Origin: Dimorphilus gyrociliatus
Lineage: Eukaryota; Animalia; Annelida
Length of the DNA stretch: 64,000 bases
Direction: 5' to 3'
NCBI GenBank assembly: GCA_904063045.1
Contig: CAJFCJ010000012.1
Span: 2,221,709 to 2,285,708, forward strand
Position 1 is the stretch's first letter; each line of letters starts with the position of its first letter. A model generated the notes under the pieces. That model worked only from the letters and a program-made list of their open reading frames with translations. It searched no databases and was not told where the DNA came from. This document shows positions 1 to 10,991 of this stretch, piece by piece. Made by a program: the position numbers and the translations under genes.

Positions 1-1533
1 TGATTCTAAATGATGATACATATTTTATATCTGAATTTTCCTTTAATTTATTCAAGATTTCTTTTTTTCGCAAGCTTTCGTTAGAGATTAATAATAACTG
101 ATTTGCAGGGTGAATATTCTTATAAGGGCGAGAAGGGATTGAACTAAAGCTATGGTAGAGCTAATAATAAACTTAGTGCGATATAAAAACGTGATTAAGA
201 CAAACAAATGTCCTTTTTCTATTTCTAAAAAACATATATCTCTTCTGTCCAGTAAAGTAGTAAATATATAATAATAGAGACAATGATCTCTCATAATAGT
301 TGAAGTCTTCTGGTAATACAATAACCAATTTAAATGACTCAGATACTAATAAAAAGTAAGTAGTTAGTATGTGTGCATAATATCTGTAATTATTTCGTAT
401 ATTATTTTACTATATAATATAGGCAAAGAATAATTCATTTAAGCCGGATCAGTTCAAGTAAGCATCCTTGTGCTTTAAAGGTTAACAGTATTAAATAACA
501 AAGCTTTTTAACTGGAATAAACGTAATACGGGACTGTTTATATAGCGCTCTTATATTTCGGTATACGATATTAAAAAAATGATAAAAATAAGTTATCTTC
601 CTATAATACAGTTTCTGCAAAGTGCAATGAATCGCTTATATAAAAGTTTAATCAGATATTATAGTTTTTAAATAGTATACAAAAAGAACAAACTCACGAC
701 TTCTTGTTCTAACTTCCTTATTTTAAGAAAGAAGTTTTACGATTTTAGTAAATTACAGAAATTTGCTTTAATTCCTTTTGAAATCTTTTAGCAAAGGCTT
801 TTTAAGTTAATAATGTCGCGGTAATCCCTGTAGGTTATTTCCTACTGTTTCTTTAGCTTATACATTTACGAAAGAATTCAGAAATCGAAAAGTAAGAGAG
901 ACAGAGAGAGAACACCGGGATTAGAGACTTACTATTAGAGAAAGAGGAAACTACACAGATAGACATACATTGAGAGAAGAAGAGATTTAGTAGGAAAACA
1001 AACAAAGGAAAAGAGAACTAAAAGTTTATTTTCTCTGTTCCTTTTTGTGTCTCTGTCATTCTTAGTTTTCTAGTTTTCTTATTTGTACACTCTCTCTTTC
1101 TCTCCCTCTCCTTTCTTCACCCTACTTTACATAAACCTTTAATTAAAAAAAAGCGTTTTATTACGAATGAATAGAGAGAATTCTTGCCAAGGTCTTGACT
1201 ACTATGAGTGCTTTATTTCATGGAAAATGACAAAGAATAGCGTAACATACTGCTATGTTAAATAACGTTTATTTACACAATCGATAATTTAATTTAAGAA
1301 TGTGTGCCAGAAGGCGTACGGTAACTACTTCATATTTGTTTAAGATATTTTGTAATCAAGTGTATTACATTAACCTCCAAAATATTTTTATTCATTTGTT
1401 CAAGTACAGAGGGCGCTTTGTTATTATTAGCCACCACAAAGTAAACTACAATGGAAGTGTTTTATTTTTCTTATAGATAATAGTACAAATATTACTGATA
1501 ATAATGTTCGTTCGTGGATCATACATATATATA

Positions 1534-1568
1534 TATATACTGTACATATACAATATGTACAGTATATA
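1534..1568. repeat. 16-bp perfect inverted repeat with a 3-nt loop
   Basis: TATATACTGTACATAT-ACA-ATATGTACAGTATATA. Confidence 0.9.
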
Positions 1569-2117
1569 CATAAATTATCGAAATTAACTCTCTCTTCTTC
1601 ATTATTGGACATTCGATCCTTATTATATATCCTTATATGACTTTTATCTTTTAATTGCATGAATTTGTTTAAAATTGCAATATGATCTATTTATTTATTA
1701 CACTAATAACATCTAGCATTAGAAAAAGTGAACAGGATAGTGACCTTAATGCTTTAAATATATAGTTTTGACCAAAATTAATATTAGGAAATTGGATACT
1801 ATTTTTATGAATAAAGTAAATGTATAGGTGTACTCGAGTTGTATTTCAATTATCTTAAATCGCCAGTAAAGTGATCATCTAATTAGGTTATTAGAGCAGA
1901 CATTATTTTAATCATTTATCACTTATGGAATAGTAAGAAGGGTCGATTATAGATATAATTATGTAAATGAATTAATAGAATGAAATTACTGCGAATTCTG
2001 TTTCAAGAGTTTCATTTCAAGGTCAATAAATTTGCTACGGAAAATGTATATAAATGTAAAAAACCCATCTGTGCACAGTACCATTGTCATTTGGCAGCAA
2101 AAACTACAACTTTGAAA

Positions 2118-2407
2118 ATGAACAGCAAATCAACTAAAACTCTAATTCTACTTTTTTCACTTTGTTTGGTAAAGTTCTTTCTTTTAGTTTCTGTTGAAAT
2201 ACTTTTTATATTCTTCTTTATTTTTAACAGTTTGGAATGATATCAACAGTTGAAGGAAGCATTCAGGGTGTAACTTGTCATTCGCAACAGGATTGTGCAG
2301 CTGATCCAAAAATGGCATGTGTATCCTGCGGTAATTATAATTTTGGTATCTGTTGGAAACTTTCCCAAGCAAATTTCAAAGATGGCTGCGGATTGTATAA
2401 TAAGTAA
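2118..2407 (+). CDS. Small secreted six-cysteine peptide, 75 aa, 2 exons (2118-2168, 2231-2407)
   Basis: ATG at 2118; GTAAAG donor at 2169; pyrimidine-rich ttttaacAG acceptor ending 2230; phase 0/0; TAA 2405-2407. Protein MNSKSTKTLILLFSLCL|FGMISTVEG-SIQGVTCHSQQDCAADPKMACVSCGNYNFGICWKLSQANFKDGCGLYNK. Signal-peptide-like N-terminus, TATATAAA at 2047-2054 and AATAAA at 2420-2425. Not recovered by the ORF track. Confidence 0.85.
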
Positions 2408-3303
2408 ATATTAGCAGATAATAAAGAATTGGTATATTTCTTCCGTATTTCAATCTTCTATCAATAATCTTGGTCTGACATAGATCAATTAGAAAAAATA
2501 TTATCCCTTTTAAAAAGTAATACACATATATGCAAACTGTTGTTGTAATAATTTGAATAAAAAACTCCTATTAGACTTTACATTTGCTACCCTTTTCTTT
2601 ACAAATCTATTTCAATTAATAATCTCCGGCTAAAGTAGAATTTTCAACAAAAATCTTTTTATAGTTATTTTTAAGTAACTTAATTATTTTTTTCTTTATT
2701 TTTTTGTTAGTTTTGTTGATATAAATAGAAAATAATTCTTTATTTTTAAAACTATTAAGCTTTTTGCCATAAAGTTTTTATCCCTCTCTTTTTTTTTTCA
2801 AATAGATTACACCGTTAACTTATGTTACAAACATATCTATTTATAATAAAGATAGCATCGGATTCTTTCAATTTTATTTCGCATCACAATTACTTTGCAT
2901 TTATGATATTATCTTTAAAAAAATGTAATGATTATAGGCTAATAGTTAACTTGTTGTACGCTATCTCTATTATTAGTACAGTATATACTTTTATTATAGT
3001 ACAAAATAAGAGATAAACTTTGGAGAGGAATGTTAAAAATTCTTCCCTCAAAATTTGTATTAATAAAATAACGATTAACATGAAAAAAGTTGAATATTAG
3101 ATAAGAAGTGAAAGAGAATAAAAGGAATTAGTTGGGAAAATATTCTTCTTTCATATTCAAAAATTGAATAAAAGGAAATAAGAGCACCAGTTTCCAAAAC
3201 AGAAAGAGAAAAAAAAACAATTAACAAAATTTTATGAATAGGTTAGCTCGTTAATTGCTAAAATATTCGATTCTTTGGCAAGTTTTTACTCGGCTATTAA
3301 ACA

Positions 3304-3340
<37 letters not shown>

Positions 3341-3470
3341 ATATACAGTAAATACATAACTAAAAGAACAAATTAATAAATCTCTTCTTTCCACAATTAT
3401 TTCTTCTAGGAAGGAAAGAAACTTAAGAGAATTAGTCAATCAGAAACAATCAATTAATTCAGTATATTGT

Positions 3471-4963
3471 CTAATCCAAACCCAATTTTCTGTAGCTGCT
3501 ATTCGTTGATGACAATACCTTTAAAGATTCGTCAACATGAAATGAGTTTGTATCAGTCATTTTCATAATTGTTTCACGATGATTTAATATATCTTGCTTG
3601 AATTTTTCTGTTTCGATAAATAGACATTTAACAATTTGTTGATTGAATGATTAAAATTAACTCTAACCAGTCAAATCCTTGAAAGTTCCATTTGCCTTTG
3701 AGGAATCTTCGTCGGGTAGTAATTCTGCAGGAAGTATCTCTCGCGGTACTTCTCGATCGTATAGACTCTCTAGAGTATTGTGGCGAACTATCCTTTTGAA
3801 AAATTTTCCGGGATCGAGAGGTTTCAGGATTGATACAAAAGAATCAACTATTAGGTTATAGTTGATAAGATGCACTGCCTTAAATCTCACAGGTACGCAT
3901 CCCTAAAGAAATGGAATAGGCTTAAAAAACAGACTAGGGGGTGTGGTCATGAGGGCGGGGGGGGGGGGAAGTAGGGTGGGGGTTAAGAAGAAAAAAATAG
4001 CAAAATTTTACAGAGAAAGAAAGAAAGAAAAAGAGAGAGATTATAGATTAAATGACTATTTATGTATGTTCTTTCGTCATAGAGGGGCAGAAAGGAATTT
4101 CCAGCTTTTCTTAGCATTGCCAAAGCATAGAAATAATATGTATTTCAAGATTATAAATTTTGCAAGTCTCGTAAGTTAATGTAACCAACAATACTATGGA
4201 ATTTCGTCTTCTTTTAATACTATAGAAAATATTTATATAACACTTTTCTTTTACCTACAAAGGCCAAACAAATTGCGAGAATTGACCTTGACATTTTACA
4301 AGCAAAAATGTAACTGTCCTAGATTTCTAATCATTTAAACTACTTCTTTTTATTCCTGTTACTTACCATTATATTTTTACTAATCATTTTTTTTTTATCC
4401 ATGTCTATAAACATAAATCTTTTCCACGTATAATCTTCTAAATCCATGATAAAGACGGTACCTCTAATTTGTGTTCGCTCCGAACTCATCCAAGTCCATA
4501 TTCCCGCAATCATTAAGGCTCGTAAAAGATGTGCTGAGGTATAATTTGTTCCTGAAGTATCTAATAGTCCCATCTTTATGTAAAAAACTTGACTCTTATT
4601 CTTATCCAATCCTAATGGAACCATGAAGCCAGTATTAAACAAATATTGAACTTGCTCCTCATTAGGGTCTAAATTGGCAAAATAGTCAGGATAATTTTGA
4701 AATAAAGATGAGTAGGTCTCAATTTTTTTTCTAGCCTTAATTTGAGAAAATTTGGCTTGCCTTAAGAAAGGTAGAAGGAAATCTGTTCGTAATGGACATT
4801 TTATATATTCTGTGTCCTGTATCCAATCACTTAAACATTGAAGAGCTGTCAAACGATCAGATGGTAATTCATTCAATTCGGCTTTAGCTATTTCTTCATC
4901 GTCTGCATCCAATGAACAATTATAATCATTGCGAACGAATCGTCTAGGTTTATTTTTCGCCAT
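3471..4963 (-). CDS. CRAL-TRIO (alpha-tocopherol transfer protein / clavesin-like) lipid-binding protein, about 322 aa, 3 exons (4963-4367, 3902-3668, 3607-3471)
   Basis: Family motifs: DFLLPFLRQAKF (CRAL-N), TQIRGTVFIMDL, GCVPVRFKAVHLIN, RIVRHNTLESL..EVPREILP and a C-terminal YRKLGLD. GT-AG junctions are phase-compatible. Confidence 0.9.
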
Positions 4964-5718
4964 TCCTGCGAAAGTTCGTTTGAACGGTGGAAACAGGCCT
5001 TTATTTATTAATAGCTTTTCAATAGATAGAAAAAAAATGCTATTTTATATATTAAAATAAGTTAATATTATGTAGCATACCTCAAATAACAAAATTTGCA
5101 ATAAAAAGGATTAAATATCTATTTCAATATATTCAAATAACTTTCAATTTGATTGAAAATATCAAATAGTCTATTATTTGGCCTCTATTTATTGTCTTGA
5201 ACTTATTGATTGTACACAACACATCGCTGTGCTGACATCTATAGGAGAACAGTAACATTGTTTCTTTGACTATTGACATTTTAATATGAGTAAATGGATT
5301 CATATAGATTTTTATTCGTACAAAAGTAGGACATGGTTCCTTTATCGCAAGCTTTTAATTTTATTAGATTTTTTTTAAAAAAAAAAATTAGAAAAAGACT
5401 ATTAAAGGCGTCTAAACAATAATTTAGTACAACGTAAAGAAATCAACATAAAAGCGAATGGATTAGATATAAGTAGAAAAAAATAGGCTATGTAAATAAT
5501 AAATTAAAGAAATGTACTGTATTAGGTTAAAGAGTTATTATCTGTTAATCGATGTTGTACTTGTATCACTCGTTAAGGGGTTAAAAATTATCACATATTC
5601 TTCACTGTTGATTCAAATATCAAAGGTAGATTATTTCTTTCGATTGATAAAGGAAGAGATAAGAGACAAACTCTTAAAAATCGTGTTCATTTGGACTGAA
5701 ATATAAGATAAAGACGTC

Positions 5719-7152
5719 ATGAATTCTCCTCTACAATACGTGTTCTTCGTTCTCTTCGCCCTAAATAGTGAATCTTTCGCAAAAATGGTTGAACCCTCGC
5801 AAAGTTATTGTTACTCTTCGGATATTAAACCAAACAGAAATTACGCTACGAAAACAACTTACTTCCAATCAATCAACTCCTCAAATAGTATTTTAGAAGA
5901 GTCGACCAATGATTCTAATTGTACTGTAAAATTTATCTATTATCTGAGCCGTCATGGTACTAGGCATAATGGAGATAAAGGTATACGAGAATGGCAACAA
6001 CATTTACCCAAACTCCGAGAACATATTTTAAAATTTCCCAATAAAACCCAACTTTGCCAGAAGGATATTGAAATTATCGCAAATTGGAGTTTGAGAATGA
6101 AGCCGGAAGATGATAAAGATTTGGTTGAAACCGGCAAAAGAGAACAAAAGTTTATCGCTCAGGAAATGAGAAAAAGATTCCCGGATTTCTTCGCTCAGAA
6201 TGATTTATTAGAAGATTACGAATTTCGTCATTCGAAAGAGAAGAGAACCCGTGATTCGGCTCTAGCCTTTCTCGAAGGCTTGTTTGGTACGTCAAATAAC
6301 GTTCAACTCACCAGATCACCCGAAAAAGATACTCTCTTACATTTCTACAAGCATTGCGATAAATATATTGAAGAAGTTCAAAATAAGCCCCGTATTGAAT
6401 ATGATAAATTCCTAAAGGGACCCGAGATGCAGGCAGTCATAAAAAGAGTGAACGAAAGACTGGCTTTAACAAATCCAATTGAATATAAAACACTTGAAAG
6501 TATCTATGATAATTGTGTGTTCGAGTATGGAATTTATAATGATGCTCCGTGGTGCTCAGTTTTCCAACGGGAAGATATAAACATCATAGAATATGCTGAA
6601 GATATAAAATATTACTGGGAGGATTCTTATCCTCATAAGGTCACTGTGGAACAAACTTGCAAGCTAGTCTCGGATATTTGGAAACATTTACGAAATGCAA
6701 AAGAAAAGAAAGATAAAAGGAAGATTGTTGGAAGATGGGCCCATTCGGCTACTATGAATACACTCTATACAAGATTGGGATTATATAAGGATGAGAAGCA
6801 ACTACTACATAACAACTACGAGCAGCAAAAGGATAGAAGATGGAGAACAACTTTACACACTCCGATGAGCTCAAGCATCGCTTTCGTTTTATTACAATGC
6901 AAAGATGATTTCACGGTTCGAGCTTTTCATATGGAAAAATTGATTAAACTGGACGGAATTTGCGCAGAAAAGAATTGTAAATGGAGTGAAATTGAAGGAA
7001 AATTTAAACCTATAGCGGACAATTGCAATTTTGAAGAGATATGTAAAGTATCTAAAGGGGATTCTTCCGCAATAGCGACAAAGCCTTTTATTCAATTAAT
7101 TACCCTAATGACTTTAATATCAATTTCATTACGAATGTTTTTTTATGTCTAA
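5719..7152 (+). CDS. MINPP1: Multiple inositol polyphosphate phosphatase-like histidine acid phosphatase, paralogue A, 477 aa, intronless
   Basis: Signal peptide; RHGTRH nucleophile motif; KRTRDSA; family-typical LETGKREQ, CVFEYG..PWCSVF, LEYAEDIKYYW and LGLYKD; hydrophobic C-terminal tail. Confidence 0.9.
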   Translation: MNSPLQYVFFVLFALNSESFAKMVEPSQSYCYSSDIKPNRNYATKTTYFQSINSSNSILEESTNDSNCTVKFIYYLSRHGTRHNGDKGIREWQQHLPKLREHILKFPNKTQLCQKDIEIIANWSLRMKPEDDKDLVETGKREQKFIAQEMRKRFPDFFAQNDLLEDYEFRHSKEKRTRDSALAFLEGLFGTSNNVQLTRSPEKDTLLHFYKHCDKYIEEVQNKPRIEYDKFLKGPEMQAVIKRVNERLALTNPIEYKTLESIYDNCVFEYGIYNDAPWCSVFQREDINIIEYAEDIKYYWEDSYPHKVTVEQTCKLVSDIWKHLRNAKEKKDKRKIVGRWAHSATMNTLYTRLGLYKDEKQLLHNNYEQQKDRRWRTTLHTPMSSSIAFVLLQCKDDFTVRAFHMEKLIKLDGICAEKNCKWSEIEGKFKPIADNCNFEEICKVSKGDSSAIATKPFIQLITLMTLISISLRMFFYV

Positions 7153-8060
7153 AAATGATATTAAAACTCCACCTGGTGAGTCCAGAGTTAAGAAAAGCAG
7201 ATGTCATTTTATTCTTAGAATAGTTAATTCTTTTATCGCATTTAGATAATTAAATAGAAAAGAAAGAGTTAAAAGAGCTAACAACTCAAGCATATTATAT
7301 ATACTAATAAGATTAAATCTTTTGAATTATTCTATAATAAAGAAATATAGGTCGGATTGTGCATCAGAGAAATCGATCGTCTTATTGATTGGTCCAAGTA
7401 GAAGCTGTTTTTTTTTGGGAGGAGGCGCAAGGAAGGAGACTAAGTGAGGAGAGAGAGGACGGAAAGCAAAGAGAGACATGAAGATAGAGGGGACAGTGTA
7501 AGAGAGAAAGAGAGAGAGAGAGCGAATAGGATAGAGATAGAGAAAAAAAATAAGAGAGAGGGAGTACGAGTGCAGAGGAGGAAGTGGGGAATAGTAAGAG
7601 CGGGGCAAAAAAAATTGGTAAAAACTAGAACCGTCTGGAAATTAAAACGGATATTAAGGAAAAAGGTCGGTCGATAACGTATAACCTTATGTTGGGGGTT
7701 AGATTGTCAGAAATGTTTCAACGGCTAAAGTATAGGTTGTGGTGAATATTGGATGAATTAATAAATGGAAAGATTATTGTTCGCCCATTATCGGTCTCAA
7801 CTGACACGTTGTTGACTCTATTGATTTTCTTTGCTGAGCTTTCTGTTTGTAGTCGACGCTCTTTTATACGAGATGATTATATCGTATTGTTGTATTTCGT
7901 CAAATTTTGGTGAGAAACCTTCATTGTACATTTTCTTTACTAGCTTTCTTCCGTTTTTTCAATAGGAAATGAATAGTAAAAAAAGTAAAAGAGAAAAAGT
8001 GAAAATCTAGCAATTTCTCACCCATTTTCTCTTTTCCTTACTTGCTCTCTTGTCTCTATT

Positions 8061-8086
<26 letters not shown>
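8061..8086. repeat. (TC)13 microsatellite
   Basis: Read directly. Confidence 0.9.
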
Positions 8087-8091
<5 letters not shown>

Positions 8092-8681
8092 TACCCTCTT
8101 TCTTTCGTGCAAAATCCCAATTTTATTACTTTTTCCTTTTCCCCTCAGTAAATTACTATTATACAAATAAGAAATAAAAAACTGTAATATATTAAAATAA
8201 ACCAATTACTCAAACTAAATAAAAACAACTTGATATAGGAAAAAAATCTTAAATACTCTTTAATATAGATATATATATATCTATGATGATGATAAAGATT
8301 CAATATACACTTATAAATAGACATATAGAAGTTCGGTATTTAAAAGAAAATTGAAAGACAAAAAAAATTGACCAAAAAAAAAAACAGAAGTTATTCCATC
8401 TGCTACTCTTGTGAATAGAGTTAATTATATTCGACCTTAGAGACAGTGGCTGAATTTCATTCTTGATAAAATATTGCCATAAATTAGTCTTTTCTTTATC
8501 CTACTTATATAATTGATAAGATTGAGTTTATTTTTATGATAATCTGCTATAATCTATTATTATCTTTAAGTGGAATAATATATATAGCGTATTTTGTATA
8601 ATTATATACAAATATATATATATTTGCAGTATATTTTATACTGTACATAGAGTAGAGTACATAGAAATATGTACTATATGA

Positions 8682-8712
<31 letters not shown>

Positions 8713-10991
8713 CTTATAAATAATAAAAGAAAGTTATTGCGCGAAAAGTAGGGTGAATTGTTGGAAAGATAAGTAAAGCATAGAAGAAAAGATAGTTAGG
8801 CGAGGTAATATTCGGTTAATTAAACTTTTTGAGTATTTTCTGTCGTATGTATGCGTAAAATAAAGCATACAGTATTATAGTAGCTATTATTTTCTATTGT
8901 AAATTCGCCTATAACACGTAGAACGTTTATTAATAGAGAGTGTACTAGTTGCTCGCCTAGTAATAATTAGATCTGCTTATAAAAGCGAAACGGGTAATGG
9001 AAGCCGTTATGGTATGGTTTTTCACTGGATCATTTCTTTTTCCAATATTGCATACTCTCTACCGGAAATTTCTAATAACTTTGACCTTTTGTTATAATTC
9101 CTTCTGTCAATACATTCTCTTCTCTTGGTGGAGAGGCCTAAAAAGCCGGAAAAAGGCAAGAAATGATAATAAAAAAAGCCTTCGAACTGTGTGTATCAGG
9201 GAACGTTTTTACACTCGGTCTATCTTTACACCAGATTAACAAGCTAGTTGACTTCAAAAAGCTTGTAAATGTAACTATTTGATATTGATTTTTATGACTT
9301 GGGACCATCAAAGTGATAAGTTTCTTCTTGAAATCTGACTATTAACTCTGATGCAAATTATATGATCAATCCTTGTTTTGTTTAATGGAAAAAGTTTACT
9401 TTTCTTTCTTTATAAAAAAAAACTACAAAAGCTCATAGAAATATTTTGTTAATGACCAACTTTTGTGCTACTTTTAACTACAACTAAAGCAGCTTCATTT
9501 TCAATTTATCATCCCCTAAAGAAAGGATCCCCCTGCCCCACAAGCATGAGAAAAACGTTATTTTCCACTCTGCCTATTTACATGGGATTAACAGGAAGAT
9601 CGGAGCATCAAAGCGTTCTACAAATGCGTTTCTATCGATCGACCATTTTTTTTCTATTAGAGAAGGTGTTCCTTGTTTCAAATTCATTCGCCTACTTTTC
9701 GTCTCAATTTCAATCTACAGTCCAATTCAGAAGTCTGTTTGAGACTAGATTCGATTGAGAGTAGCTGGAAGCTTTTGACTTTTTCCTTCTATCTTTGCAA
9801 CATTGTGTACTTTGACATTGCTGTCGGATAAAGCATCTCCAAACTCTGTAACGTCTCGTCCTCATTATAGTAATTGGAAAGAAGAACAGTCAGTATCTCG
9901 CTCCCCCCATTGCTATGACTTTAGGGAAATTCAAGACATGACTTCGACTTTATTTTATCAAGTTTTAACCTTGTCGAATATTGATTTTTTTTATTTGAAA
10001 GCTTAAATTCTCTTCCTCTTCCTCTTCCCATTCTTTTTCCTCTATCTTCTAACGCTTTAATTTTTTCTATGGTTATATTATTTCGATCCTTCATTCTCCT
10101 CATCACTCTCATTAACTCGCCTCCCCCTTTCTCTCCTTTTCATTCCGCTTTTTTTTCTTCCTATCCATCTTTCCCTGTCTACTTGTCCGTCTAACTGTCG
10201 TTTCCTATTCTACTATTGAGTATTTCTTTTATGAAATTCGAAGAATTAGACACAAGTTAAGCATTAGGCAACTCCTTAGTGACGTAAAAATCGGATCAAA
10301 GACTTTCTCGAAGTAATTCGGCAACATGAGATTGCTTATAATTTTATCCCAAATCGTTTCAACAGCTGTAATTACCGGTCTAATCGAAACTTGCTTATTT
10401 ACTCTACTCAGTAAAGCCACTATTTATCTTTAAACACTCTTTTTTTTCCTTCTCATCGATAACAAAAAAGAAAAAATACATCTTTTGTTTCAGTGTAGGA
10501 TTACGTAACATGAAAATATACGAATATGTTATAGTAAATAGGTAATATATATATATAATATAAACTTAGAACATTTCAATAAAACTTGACAAATACTGTC
10601 TATATCAATTTTCTTGCTTTTTTTGGGACATTTTGACTGACAAACATTAGAATATAAAGTTTAAAAAAAGTATTAAAATTTATTCATAATTAATGGAATT
10701 ATGTATTTAAAAATATCCAAATTTTCTTTTTTCCCTTCTTTCTATCTTCCGGTCATTTTTTTTTCTTTTCTCCTTTTTGTCATTTTCCCTTTTTTTCTGT
10801 TTTTTTATCATAATTTCTCTTTTATTCTTTTGTTTTTCACTTTTCTCTTTTATTTAAATAAAACGAGAAAATATTGATTTAATAAAAATTAGACGACTTT
10901 AAAGAGCGTTATTTTTCTTTCGTTTCTTTTTTCTTCAAATTCGATCTTCCCTTTAAGCATTTCTTTTTTGTAGCTTTCCTTAGATTTGAAC

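Noticed and set aside
7327-7677. ORFs 7444-7677 (+) and 7327-7608 (-)
   Set aside because: Products of GA/CT low-complexity sequence with no splice or family support.
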